In this document: in pieces, positions 27,701 to 42,252 of the stretch | Position numbering within the stretch: position 1 is the first letter of the stretch | Layout: each line of letters begins with the position of its first letter | NCBI GenBank assembly: GCA_951406725.2 | Contig: OX597824.1 | Location: forward strand, 71,300,001-71,364,000 | Length of the DNA stretch: 64,000 bases | Source: Octopus vulgaris | Taxonomy: Eukaryota | Reading direction: 5' to 3' | Notes under the pieces: model-generated | The model's input: only the letters and a program-made list of their open reading frames with translations | The model's database searches: none | Told to the model about the DNA's origin: nothing | Program-made: the position numbers and the translations under genes

Positions 27701-28166
27701 GATCACAAAAAAAAAGTGTTCTTGTTAATTAGATCCAGTCAAAAATAACCAGAGACTAATCAACAACAATAGCAACAACAATAACTAATCTACATTTCAA
27801 TACATTCAACACACCAGTAAAACCACCTCACCTCAACATTCCATAACCAAACTTCAGCACAGTCGTCTGGACCACAAGCAATGATGTATTTACTATCTGG
27901 ATGCCATGCTATATATGATACACCATAGGAGTGACCTTCATATGCTCTACGCATCAATACTTCAAACGTATACTGTTTAAAAATATTGAAAAAAATAAAA
28001 TATAGGCAAATTAGAGAAAAACGAAATTTAAAATGGGAGTTCATGTATGTATGCACGTGTATAAAATATGTATATATGCATGCATGTACTGTTTACATTA
28101 TAGGAATTTAGAAAATTCGAGATAAGAAATAAATCATTTCTACACACTATTTTTAGCTTTATCTAT

Positions 28167-28209
<43 letters not shown>

Positions 28210-30912
28210 TATTTTCGATCTAGTTTGGATTCTTTGCCATCAAATTTGTTTGCAAAGAATTCAAATTTGATGGCAAAGAATTCAAATTTGATGGCAAAGA
28301 ATCCAAACTAAATCAAAAACATTATATATATATATATATATATATATATAATGCACACACACATATATATATACATGTACAAAAACATAGTACAAAATTT
28401 TAAGAGATGTATACACTCAATGATGCAAAATATACAAAGGTGATTAATATTTACATCATACAAATATAAGTATGATTCCTACTGAAGAAGAAGTCACATA
28501 AACATTAAACAATTGTATTTTGGAGGAAACAACAAGAAAATTCAGTAGACCAATTTAGAATCAAGCCATTAAGTTCTCCTTGAGTTAGTATATATATTTT
28601 TTAAAAAAAGTGTCACATTAGTTATTTCAAAGAAAGGGGAGATAATAAAAGTGTGCAGACTAACCAAACTGTAGCCTTGACATTAAGAGTTAAAGGACAG
28701 AGAATACGCAGTCACTTGTATTGTACATAATGTGAATGACTATTTCTATAACAATAATGTTAATTTATGGTGATTGTAAATGAAGTTACTATTGTAGCAT
28801 TATACATAAGAGCCTGGTACTACTGTAGCTAATGCATATGTAGTGTGAGCATGCACAAACACACATACACAACTGTCAAGGCGTTATGAAAGGATATGTA
28901 AATATCTACAACAAACAACTAAAATGAATGTGTATATATACACAACCCAGAGAATGTGTGTATACATTAGAAATAAAAATATTTCCTTATTTCTGATGGG
29001 CCTTTGTTTCAATTAATTTTGAAAATAATGAATTTAATAAAATAAGTCATTATTAAGCTAATTTTTGGAACAAATTCTCATGATATTTTGTTTGATGAAA
29101 GGTTTTAGCTAAGATCACTTTAACCCTTTAGTTACCATATTTCTGTCAAAGTACACTGTCTCTATTTCAATTAATTTTGAAAATAATGAAGAATTTAGTA
29201 AAATAACTGCCATTATTAAGCTGGTGTTTGGAACATAAACATGAAATTTTGACGGAAGATTTTTATGTATATCAGTTTAAAACAGGAAGTTTGTATCATG
29301 GGTGGTACCAGGTAGGTTGGTATCAAAAGGGTTAAAAGGACCACTGGTAATATTCATTAAAATGTGGTACTTATTCCCAACAGATCAGAAGACAATAGAA
29401 GTATTGCAAAATAAAGCATTCTACCAGAGTGGATTTAAACCTCTGATCAATAATATATTTCAATAATATAATCACTCAGCCATTTCAGTTACAGTTATCC
29501 ACCAGGATGTCATGACTCCTGTATCATTATACAAAAATGCTGCAACTTACCATATCAACATCCCAGATAATGAGAGTACCATCCTTGGAACCTGTAGCTA
29601 ATTTTGTGCCATCCGGAGAAAATCGACAAAACCATACTTCATCACAATGGTCATTCAATATTTGAATAGTATTACAAGGAAACTGATCCCTATAAATAAA
29701 AAATAAGATAAATAAAATATATATATCATGAAAGAAACAAAAATAATTATTTGAATAGGTGAAATTTTCTCTATTCTGCATGCAGAATTAAGTGTACTGC
29801 CCAAATACACATCATCCTCATCATCGCCATTTAATGCCCATTTTTCCATACTTGTATGGATCAGACAGAATAACTTGAAGCAGATTTTCTACAGCTGGAT
29901 GCCTGTTGCCAATAGTCATCTGTTTCCAAGCAAGATAATATTTTTCCATAGCTGCACATTTTCCCCAGAAGACTGGAAACAAACAATCTTGCTTTTATAA
30001 CACTGATGCTCATTTACAGCCATCACACGATATTTAGACAAGGGTTTATACAAACACACAATGAGCTTCTTTCAGTTTCTGTATGCCAAATTCACTCACA
30101 AATCTTTGGTTAGCCCAGAGTCATACTAGGAGACTTTGCTCAAGGTGCTACACAGAGGAACTGAACCTAAGACCACCTAGTTGAGAAACAAGTTGCTTAA
30201 TCACACAGCCAAGCCAATACCTATAACAAAATACATTCTAGAAATCTGAAACAAGACAAGAGATCTGTAAACTGTTAACCTCATACTCTGATCAGATGAG
30301 GATTTTCAGTCCCAACTTGGCCCTGAATTGATAAATCTATGATCTAGGATTTCTAACCATGAACATCCTGTCTTTTAGTCAGACATAGTGCAAACTGACT
30401 ACATTATTCAATGTGTACTGTTCCGTTTCAAGACAAAGGGGTGCAGTGCAAGGGAGATTTTGCTGCTATTTCTAGCAGGTAGGGCAACCACTCATAAGAA
30501 CAGAGACAAGGATGCATTCACAAATTCACATAGCTGACAGCTACCATAAAATAGACACACCCAAGTATAGACATGGATACACACACAAATACTCATATTA
30601 ACATCTAAAAATGTTAAAAAATTAATCATTAATTAAACAAACAATCCTAGACAAAACATTAGGATTCATAGATAAACAAGTGAATATAATATATAGAGTG
30701 AGAGAGAGAGAGAGAGAAATACATCCCTGCATTATGAAAAGTTGGATTCTTAAAAATTTTGTCCTAATGCTAGATTCCATAAAGTAAAATAATTTCCTTA
30801 CTGACTTCTATGTAACATGAATGTCAATGGGAAAAATAGGCTTAGCATTACAACAAGATTTTCATAAATGCTACATTTCCATACCATAGGGAATGCCTGC
30901 CAGTTAAAACAA

Positions 30913-30955
<43 letters not shown>

Positions 30956-31303
30956 CACATACATACGTGTGTGTGTATATGTATGACTGGCACTGCATTG
31001 ATTACAAGGGTTCCAGTTGATCTGATCAATGGAACAGCCTGCTTGTTAAATTAACATGCAAGTGGCTGAATACTCCACAGACACGTGTACCTTTAAAGTA
31101 GTTCTCGGCATCACAGAGTGCAACAAGGTTGGCCCTCTCTGAATTACAGGTACTACTCATTTTTACTAGCTGAGTGGACTGGAACGACATGAAATAAGTT
31201 GTCTCACTCAAGGACACAATGCGTCGCCAGGAATTGAACTCACAATCTTACAATCATGAACCAAATACCCTAACTACTAAGCCACACACCTTCACAATGC
31301 ATA

Positions 31304-31336
<33 letters not shown>

Positions 31337-34300
31337 AACACTTTATATACATACATATACATACACACACACATACATACATTACAAACAGACATGCCTA
31401 AACCTCACACACTCTTACAGGTATTCATGAATGCAGAAAAGCCATTAGTCACTGAAATAAAACTGGGATAGACACCATGACTAATGCTACTAAGAAAAAC
31501 AATAAAAAAATCAATATCACCAATACTCCTATTACTGTTATTGATGAAAAGTGTAATTCAAGGTTTGAGTAGAGGACAAAGAAGAGGGAAGTGAGAGAAT
31601 AACTTCTGAGCAGGGGAGTTGATTTCTTTTCTTTTAGTTTAGATTTTACTTCCAGGCTTTCTTTGTGGGAGTTTGTTTTGCTTTTTCTTGTCGTGTGCAT
31701 GGCAGTGGTGGTGGGGGGGTAATTTTTGGTATTTTGGATTCATATTTCACATTCATGAAAATTCAAATGATTTTTATGAAATGAAATTGGAATGTATTTT
31801 ATTTTAAATAAATAAATATTAATGGAAATTAAACTTGAAAATTTGAATTAATTTTTTTTTAAATGCAATCAACGAAAATAATGAATTGGATTTCATGACA
31901 GGGCCATTCATATAGAGTCACACACTCCCACCACCACATATGGTTATGTTTCTGGTGGTTATATTTTGAACAAAGCAGTCTTAAACTAAGGAAAGTTACA
32001 GTGGTCCCACTGATGACACCAGGGAGTTACAGTCAAAGTTAGGTATTACTGAATCAGCAAGTTTTAAATATCTATTGTGCTTACAGTATAGCAATATTGG
32101 TGGTGCTTGTACATGCAATATATCAGTGTGTGTATATATATGTGGTATATGTGCATGCTTGTGGGGATCCAGTTCTATAAATCCAATATGGCCATCACTC
32201 ATATTCAGCACAGATTCAGCATGCCCCATGCCTTTTACTAATGCTTCTTTAATAACCATGTAAGCACAAGAAAAATAACAGACACCTTCCTCGTGACTCT
32301 CTAGCCCTTGACCCTCCAGCAGAACATCCGAAATGTGACTGCTGGATGGAGAGAGGATTAAGCTGCACCAAGGGTACTTAACTGGTACTTTGATTCCTGG
32401 AAGGATGAAAGGCGAGTGTGCTCGTTGCCAGAGCGGCTAACTGGCTTCCGTGCTGGTGGCACGTAAAAGGGCATCATTCGAGCGTGATCATTACCAGCGT
32501 CGCCTTACTGGCACCTGTGCCGGTGGCATGTGTAAAAAGATTCGAGTGAGGTCATTGCCAGTACCAGAACAGTCTTCACTTATACTACATCTGATTCCTC
32601 TTAAGCTCAGTTTTTCTCTCAACATAATTCTACTTCATCATGCACATTAACATTACACATCCTGGGCATCTAAGAAAATCTATTTTTGTGCTCTTACTGT
32701 TTAATTCTTTTGTGCATTTGCCATACACGAAATCTACCTTTTATTGCCTGTGATAGCACTGCATCTCTTATGCACTCAAAGTTTGCATTGAGTACACCAT
32801 ATGGAATTTCTACCAAATGCTTTTTTTACATATGAACAAAAACCATTTCCCTGATGAAATAAAGGCCTTATAATTTGAGGTTCTTTTCTAATTTTATTCC
32901 ACATTCAGCTATAATTAGGCCATTAACACCCAGCAGTTCCTACAGGCAACCAGTCTTAAACTCCTCTGTTATAGCCTGAAGGATTATAATGAATAAAAGG
33001 GGACTAACAATGAAGCCCTGATGAACCACCCATACATTCTATGAATTCTCAAGTTACTGACAGCATCAATGTACATGGCTTGTATGGCTCTCAAAAGCCA
33101 TCCATCTACTCCTCACTTCCCAAGTGACTACAAGATCACAAAATGAAGCACACTGTCAAAGGCTTTCTTGAAGCCAACAAATTCTTAGTACAGTATCTTA
33201 TTTTTAGCAAACTATTTCTCCTGCAGCAGCCACACCAAGAAGAATGCATCAGCAGCACTGCTTTCTGGCACAAAGCCAAACTGCATTTCATCTAGGTTAA
33301 CTCTTTTCCTAATTAGCTGAGTAATAAATAACCCTTTCTGTAACTTTCAAGACCTGATCCAACAGTTTGATACCTCTGAAATTCAGTAATTATCTGTCTC
33401 TAACAATATAGGTGCAGACATGGCTGTGTGGTTAGGAATTTTGCTTCCCAGTCATATGGCTTTGGGTTCAGTCCCACTGCATGGCACCTTGGGCAAGTGT
33501 CTTCTGCTATAGCCTTGGGCTGACCAACGCCTTGTGATTGAATATGGTAGGCAGAAGTTATCTTATGTGCATGTAAGTGTATGTGCCTCCTAAGAGAGGC
33601 AACTCACTTTGATCATCATGGCAATTTTAGGAGCAAAGAATTAGTTGAGTACATGACTGGTACTTTATTGACCCTGGAAGGGTGAAAGGTAAAATTGACC
33701 TCAAAATGATTTCAATTCACAAAGTAAAGAAATGTTAAGCATTTTGTCTGATATGCTACCATTTCTGCCAATAATTTATCACAATGCCACAAATTTGTAA
33801 AAGAAAAAAAAATGGACATAGTGAACCTAGTTGCTCGTTAATTTTACAAATATTAACATACAGTAGTACCTCAGTTTTCAAACAAATCTGATCATGAGAG
33901 AGAGAGAGAGAGAGAGAAAGAGTGTGTGTGTGTAGATAGATAGATATAAATATAACGGACGCTAAACGATGATGATGAGTCCAACCCATGCTAGCATGGA
34001 AAACGGACGCTAAACGATAATGATGAGTCCAACCCATGCTAGCATGGAAAACGGACGCTAAACGATGATGATGAGTCCAACCCATGCTAGCATGGAAAAC
34101 GGACGCTAAACGATGATGATGATGAAAGCATGATTTATTTGTCATCAGAGGCGTTCGTAGACCGAGGTACTACTGTATTAAATGAATATGAGAAAGACAG
34201 GAGATAAAGTACGATTTATTTATGATCAGAGTTGTTCGAAAACCAAGGTTTTACTGTATTTATATATACTAATCTCAGTATATCAACCATTTTCTTCTGG

Positions 34301-36588
34301 AATGAAAAGATTACAAAAATTCTCCTGACAGGTTGAAATTCCAAACATTATGGTAACTACAAACTGCAAAGTATTTTAGCTTCAAATTACTGACTGTGTG
34401 ACAAAGTGGGCGTGTTTGTGTGTTTGCAAGCACTTGTGTACCTATGTACGTGTGTGTGTGTGCTTGCGTCTTCATACATGTATGTGTACCTTTATGTATA
34501 AGCATTCAATGTAAATATCAAACAACAGGCATTATTAACAAAGAAATGTTTAAGAAAATGAAACAAAATGAAATCCAGTTAAATGTACCAACCTATTACA
34601 AGTGTGGTCTATGAGGAGAGAGACTGCATCAAGATTGTTGTCAAGTTTGGTATTGTGGTACAAACATTGATCTGTTTGAAGTTCTACAGCCTGGCTAAGT
34701 AAAGTCTGTAATCGACGAGGGGGTAGCATCACAGTGGGTGGAAGAAAAGCTAGTAAAATGAACAAATGCCAGAATAAATGTCGGAATACTTATGTGCTAA
34801 CATACATACATACACACACACGTGCATGTACAAATAGTGAATATTGAAGAAATAATTAACTAATACAATTCTTTTGAAACAATTATGTAATATATCCACA
34901 CAACGTCAAAGACATAAAGAAAAGCAGATATGTGTGTGTATTGGAAATAATTGTGTATATACAATTATCTGTGTCTGTGTAAGTGTGTGTGTGTCTATGT
35001 ATTCTGATAATTTCAGTCAGAGACACAATTAATAAATAGTGAATTTATGTTGATATTACAACCCTAGTTAGTTCTTGCAGAATAGATGTAATAAAAATAA
35101 ATAAATGTGCCCTTTTAAAGCCTAGCCAGGCTCATGGGCCCGGTTTCAATGGCCTATGTGTTCCCTAGCTGGATGGGACGCCAGTCCATCGCAGCGTTAC
35201 TCATTTTTGCCAGCTGAGTGGACTGGAGCAACGTGAAATGAAGTGTTTTGCTCAAGAACACAACGCATCTCCCGGTCCAGGAATCGAAACCACAATCTTA
35301 TGATCATGATGCTGACACCCTAACCACTAAGCCACGCACCACCACAGTATAGATGTACAATTTATCAGTAACATTTGGTATGCAATTTTGCTATATATTG
35401 GCTAATTTGAATGGTTTCTTTTTGTCACACAATTTTTTTTTTCAAAATACAATACGATTGAAACTAATTAGTTCCTGAGTTACACCTAAAGTTTTGTTTT
35501 TGTTTGTTTTTGCTTGGCTATTTTTTCTCTCTCAAAATATTGAAAGTTGTTACAGACAACATAGATTAACATTTCTGATATCAGTAGAAGTGAAAATGAT
35601 ATTCAATGCAACAATAAAGATCAATGCCATGCTATAAACACCCTATGACTATCCATGTGAGGTGTTTATTTGCAAAGGTGTTTAAATTCAGCAACTTCAA
35701 GCACAAAATAGCTTATATGGGATTTTAGCATTTTTTGTAGTTACAAAGGGAAATAAATCGTACAAATTAGACGTTTATCATGGCAGAAATTTGAATGTAA
35801 ATAGGTGTAGTACATCTACGTGGGATTAGTTTTATTATGCAAAAATATTTTCTAAAAGCTGAAGGTGACAATAATGACAAAAGACAGATTTATAAGGTGT
35901 TGGTTAACCAGCAACCAGTCAATGTTGGTGACCTGGCTTGCTTGCAACATGTAATTTAAAAAAGTTTTCTTTTTGTTTTGTTTTTTGTTCTAAGTTATGG
36001 TTTGATTAAGGAATCACATTTCAGTATTTTTACCTGCTACATGAAGTCTGAAAACATTGTACCACTGATTAAAAAGAAAGTAAACACGGTTTTTAAAAGA
36101 CCATTTTAAAAACGTATAAAAAAAAATGACTACTCACATTGTAATTTTTCAATAAGTTTTTGTCTGGAAACAATCCCTTTCCCTTCCCAATCGGATGTTT
36201 CTCTTAAATCTTGTGGATTATTACACATCATATACCTAGACAACAAAGTAATAAATACATATCATATAGATGAGGGGTTCTGGCATATCACATATTTCAT
36301 ATATATACACATAACCATACACTTCACTCTAATATAAAACATTGAGCAGAGCAAAGCATTAACAGGTTTCAATAAGCATCGTACACAATTTCTTAAATTT
36401 AAATGCTAATCTCTTCCAGATACACCATTTTTTGTTGACTGACCAGTGACACATAGCAAGAAACTAATCAACAAGTGAGTTAATAATCAGCTTCTTCAAA
36501 ATAAATAAACTGAACATGCACTGAGTACTCTTTATCTCATACCTCTGGACATGTACAAGTGTGTGTGCATACATGAGCATATGGGTTC

Positions 36589-36619
<31 letters not shown>

Positions 36620-39600
36620 ATATAAATAATATATATGTATATATATATATGCATATATACATACATATTCATGTATACATATATGGGTACAGGGCGTCAA
36701 CAAAATGTAAACATGAAATATGAAGACAAACTTGGGTATGCAAGCAATGAGAGAAACAAATGTGAAACAAGACAAGTAACATAAAGAATGACCCTTCATC
36801 AGTTGTTGGCTGCCTATCTACTCATTTCAAGCATTTCAAGAGAGAAAAAATAAAAGAGGAGACAGGTATGAATGCATCTGATCTGTACAACAGACTGAAG
36901 GAAAAGTAAGATGATCACGTGAGGATAAGAAAGATGGATGATGGTCACATGTGAGCAATGAGAGGGGGGAGATAGAAAACAGTGATGGGGAGAAAAAAAG
37001 GATGAGAAAGAAAAATCAAAAGGGGGAGAAGAGGAGAAAAAAGAATTAGAGAAAAGAAGAGAGAGAAAACGAAAGGGGGGAGAGAGAGAACAGTACAAGG
37101 TAGAGCCGCATCAAAATTATCACGATAAACTTATTTGGAAATGGATATGAGGCGTTCACTCATATAATAATGTATATATCTACACACATACATATATGTA
37201 CATACATACTTGCAAGGCAAGAAAAAGAATAAAGAGAAAACTAAAGGTGGGGGAGAGTAGAGGAAAAGCCTCTTTGACTAAATGGGGTGAGCAGTTGTTA
37301 ACAGGGGGAGGGTTGCTGATCCCATGCCAGTTGTTGAAAGGCTACAATATGATGGAAGAACAAGCCAGCTTTCCAAAATTTACAACATTTTAAGTTATAC
37401 TATTATTCTTTTTGTATATCATAAAAATAATTGTCTTTAGTGACCTGCTCCTTCTCCCAAACCCTCTTCAACAGTTTCTCTCTCTTACACACATTGTTCA
37501 ATTAACCCTACTTCCTTATCAAGCAGATAATAAAATAGTTTATAAAGATTCAGCTAATGCAACTTGGAGCAATTCTAACAAGATTGGATTCACATCTATT
37601 TAGCGAGGATACTTAACCGTTTTATGTCCATTTTTCATACTGACATAGGTTGGATGAATTGTCACAGTCAAATTTGAAAAAAAAAATCATACCTCAGACA
37701 TGAGGTTAATCACTAACAAAACAGCTGAACTATCACACTGGAATCTATTAAATTACTACACCTCATATTATAAAAGGTGGAGGCGCAATGGCCCAATGGT
37801 TAGGGCAGAGGACTCGCGGTCGTAGGATCGCGGCTTCAATTCCCAGACCGGGCGTTATGAGTGTTTATTGAGCGAAAACACCTAAAGCTCCACGAGGCTC
37901 TGGCAGGGGGTGGTGGTGATCCCAGCTGTACTCTTTCGCCACAACTTTCTCTCACTCTTTCTTCTGTTGGCCTGCTCGCTTAACCAGCGGGGTGGCGTCA
38001 TTTGAAGGCTAAAACAATGGGAAGCGCATTGTGACCAGCGATGTGTAGCAACATTTGATAGCCTGGTCGGTCACGGTGATCATGGTGATATTATAAAAGA
38101 TGATAGAAGGAAAGCTTTAGGGAAATGGTTTCTGTATGCCCACTCCATCATCTTACATATTCAATATTTTATAAGTGGGTTTTTGTTGCAGCAACTGTTT
38201 TCACAGATGGAGGCCATGTCTGCTACAGACCAATGAAATATGAAGTAAGAATTAACTTCACCACACTGTCATGTCCAAACACCTTAACCATACAGGTGCG
38301 GGCATGGCTATGTGATAAGAAGTTTGCTTCTTAACCACATGATTCCAGGTTCAGTCCCACTACGTGGTACCTTGGGCCAACCAAAGCCTTGGGAGTGGAT
38401 TTGGTAGACGGAAACTGATAGAAGCCTGTGGTGTACGTGTGTGTGTCTTAGTCCCACCACCTCCACCACCACCACCATTTAACAACCAGTATTGGTGTGT
38501 TTACATAATTTAGTGGTGCAGCATAAAAGACTGATAGAATAAGTACTAGAAAATAAAAATCTGAGGTCGATTTGTTCAACTAAAAAAATCATTCAAGATG
38601 GTGCCCCAGCATGGCAGCAGTCAAATACAACCTCTTAACTAAACTAATAAAAAAACAAGATTCAATGAGCCTTGAGATAATGCAAGCCCCCACTTCATAG
38701 GAGCAAAGGAACAAGTGCCCCTCTGTACTCATCATATGGCATAGAAGGGCACTTGAATGGCCATAGAAAAGTGTCAAATGCAAAAATCATTATGGCTTTA
38801 TAATAAAACATTCTCACAACTCAAGGTAGATAACTCGTACGAAGTTGAGAAGCTTTTTCTGTTTTTTTTAAATTACAACCTAGTGATTAGTTTTCCATAG
38901 GTTGGACAGTTTCAAAATGTGACAGCTTCTCGTGAATCCCATGGACCTCAATATTGCATACAATGCATAAGTGTGCACATTAAATATCTCAGTTTTTTTT
39001 TTTATTCTAAAATAAAGGTTATATTCCCTGAGCAGGAGCGTTAACAAACTGGGCCTGTAATAACAGTAAGGTTCGGACTTACAACTGACAGTATCGTCAT
39101 CTGTCCAGCCCCTTGACTTAATAACCAACAGCCATTTTTTTCTAAAGGGGAAAGGAAAAAAAGAGAAGTGGAATAATAAAAGAATGAAACTAACAGAGAA
39201 AGAAAAGAGAAAATGAAGTGGTACAGAAATGGTTTAAGGAAGTATATGTCACTGTGATAGAGGAGAAAGATCCATGTGGGATAGCAGAAGGCAAGGAATA
39301 AAAAAAGAGCCACTGTCGATACAGGATGTGAAGGCCAAGAAAGACAGACAGAACAAGATTAGTCTGACTAAGAGGTGTTTAAGCAGCAGAGTTCAGCTGA
39401 GTCAACTATCAATATTCAGATGAATTACATGAGCCAACAAGAGAGTGTTTGCATGGTTGTTTGACTTGTTAGAACTAGTAATCAAATCTCCCTTGGATCA
39501 CATATTCCAAGCTCTCCTTTGAAAAAAAGAGACATTGGATAATAGAATTCTAGAAGGCCCCTAAAACATGGTTATTGCAGCTGGAATACCGTTAATCATA

Positions 39601-40465
39601 AGACTGCTCAATCTGTTTGGTATGTAGCTCCCTATCAGGTCACACTATCATGGCACGTTACTTGCTACTAAGTTCAACAACTTCCGCCCTCATGCAAATG
39701 ACATGATCTTTCATTCCTCAATGTCTTTCTCTAACCATACATCATCCAATGCAACACAAGCTAGACACAAATGCTAACTCTACGTTGATTTCATATATGG
39801 AGACCTTGAGAGCAAGCTTCGTAGAGCCATGCTAAATCTTGTCTCTTAAGAGTAAAAAAAAAAATCAAGCAATATTCATATCAAGAAAACACCACTAGAC
39901 CACCACCCCTAAACACCAACAGCCTTCACAGTTGCTTCAAATGCTGGGTCTCACTATCAATAAAGATCTTTCCTGGTGACTGTACATCAATTGCATAGCT
40001 AGAATTGCACCTTAAAGACTGGCTTTTCTCTTCAAGGCTAGAAAATACTTCAATCTCTTATCCATAACTGTATGGCCAATAGTTATTTACAATATTTTTT
40101 TTTATAGTTTAACCCTTTTGTTATCATATTTCCACTGAAATTCACTGCCTTTGTTTCAATTTATATTTAGAATAATGAAGAATTTAGCCAAATAACAATC
40201 ATTATTTAGCTGGTATTTGGAATTTGAATTAACATGAAATTTTGATGCAAGATTTTTAGATTATTTCAAAACTGGATGTATTAGAGAACTAGAGGCTGTC
40301 TCGGGCAGGTTAGTATTTAAAGGGGAAATCAGAAGAGAATAGGCCAGGTCATGACCTTTTTGCATAGCCTTCAAAGACTAGTAGCAGGAGGAACTTCTTA
40401 GATGGAAGACTACAACAAAGAGAATTTCACTAAAAGCACCCAAAGTGTAGGTAATAGCGTTAAAT

Positions 40466-40508
<43 letters not shown>

Positions 40509-42206
40509 ATCAACTTACAAACATACTGTATACCTTTTTGGTTTACACTTATACAGGAACAAAAGCTTGCATTCAAAGTTACCTGTCTGAAACAAACAAA
40601 CATAAAAAAAAAAAATAAAACATAAAAAATTGTTTACTTACGTACTAAGTTCATGCACACGTTCAGTATTAAATTTTAACGGCGTTAATTCATGTCGTAA
40701 ACACTGTAATGCATCCAAGTTCTTGCCTTCTTCTAAGAACTCAAGATACTTCTGTTCAAGAATAAGAAATTTCATCTTCTGAAATGAAATAGATGCTTCA
40801 TTAACAAGTGTTATCAATAAAAACTTTTTTTTTTTTTTTTTTTTAATTTCATCATCATCATCGTTTAACGTCCGCTTTCCATGCTAGCATGGGTTGGACG
40901 GTTCAACTGGGGTCTGGAAGCCAGGAGGCTGTACCAGGCCCAGTCTGATCTGGCAGTGTTTCTACAGCTGGATGCCCTTCCTAACGCCAACCACTCCGTG
41001 AGTGTAGTGGGTGCTTTTTACGTGCCACCGGCACAGGTGCCAGACAAGGCTGGCAACAGCCACGATCGGTTGGTGCTTTTTATGTGCCACCAGCACGGAG
41101 GCCAGTTGGGGCGGCGCTGGCAACGGCCACATTCGGATGGTTCTCTTACGTGCCACCGGGACTGGTATCACAACTACAATTTCCAGTGATTTTGATCGAT
41201 TTCGATTTTACTTGCCTCAACAGGTCTTTGCAAGTAGAGTTTTGTGTCCCATGAAGGAAAGGTATGCATAAGCGGACTGGCTAAATCTCAGGTAGAGGCC
41301 ACGGGTTATGGTCTCACTTGTTCTGAAGGAAAGTAGTGGGTGAAAACGGGATGAAAGACAGCACTGGTTGTACATAAAAGGTGCTGTTTGAGTGAGATTG
41401 GTACACTTGGGTTAGTAGTTTGAAAGAAAGGACAAAAACACCCCAAGGATGGAGCCATTTGAGCCAACAAGAGAGCATCCATTCTGTTGATCAACCACCT
41501 AGAAATAGCAACCAAATCTTACTGAAATCACATTCTAACATCTGAGTCCCTTTAGCATTTAAACTGGCCATATCCAGCCCAAATACTCTACTTGATTTTT
41601 GTTCAAACCAGCCAGATCCAGTCTCTCACACCTACCTTATACTGTCATTCTAAAAATAGTCACATCCTCAAAATCTTGAAGCTGAGATAATGCATGATTC
41701 ATTCAAAACAATGTCACTAAATAAGCATTATATTTGACAGAATAAACTGAATGCTAAAGGGGTTAAAAACACATTGAACAATGTAGTCTTAAATACATCG
41801 ATATTATCATCATTATTTTACTGTCTACTTTTCCATGCTTGCATGGGTCTGACAAGGGTATGTTGGAGCAGAGTTTTTTTTTTTATGGCTAGATGCCTTT
41901 CCTTTCACCAACCACTGAACAACAAGCCACATGAATTTACATGGAGAACTGGAAACAAACAAACAAAACAACATCATATGAACAAGCCTTTCCTTTACAA
42001 TCAGCAAATGAGCACCTGTAGATAATGAAATACAAACTAAATCTCACAAACATACACATAAATACATTCACATGTGCACATTCATGCAACACTCAGAGAG
42101 GCATCTTTTGGTCTCTGATCACCAAATTCACTCACAAGGCATTGGTTGACTGAACCCAAAATTACATGGTTGGGAAGCAAACTTTTTAACCATACCTGTT
42201 CTTACA

Positions 42207-42252
<46 letters not shown>

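Noticed and set aside
33756-34145. 129-aa ORF with repeated [16 protein letters not shown], or a CRISPR-like array
   Set aside because: It is a spacer-less 48-bp tandem repeat of a LINE terminus in a eukaryotic intron
36686-36850. Minus-strand GAAA…CTGATGAAGGG as a second hammerhead
   Set aside because: I could not form stems I-III; probably a decayed repeat fragment
37777-37850. tRNA genes (also near 57430-57500, 35270-35345 and 11203-11275)
   Set aside because: tRNA-like A/B boxes are SINE heads continuing into SINE bodies with tails and TSDs; no intact cloverleaf
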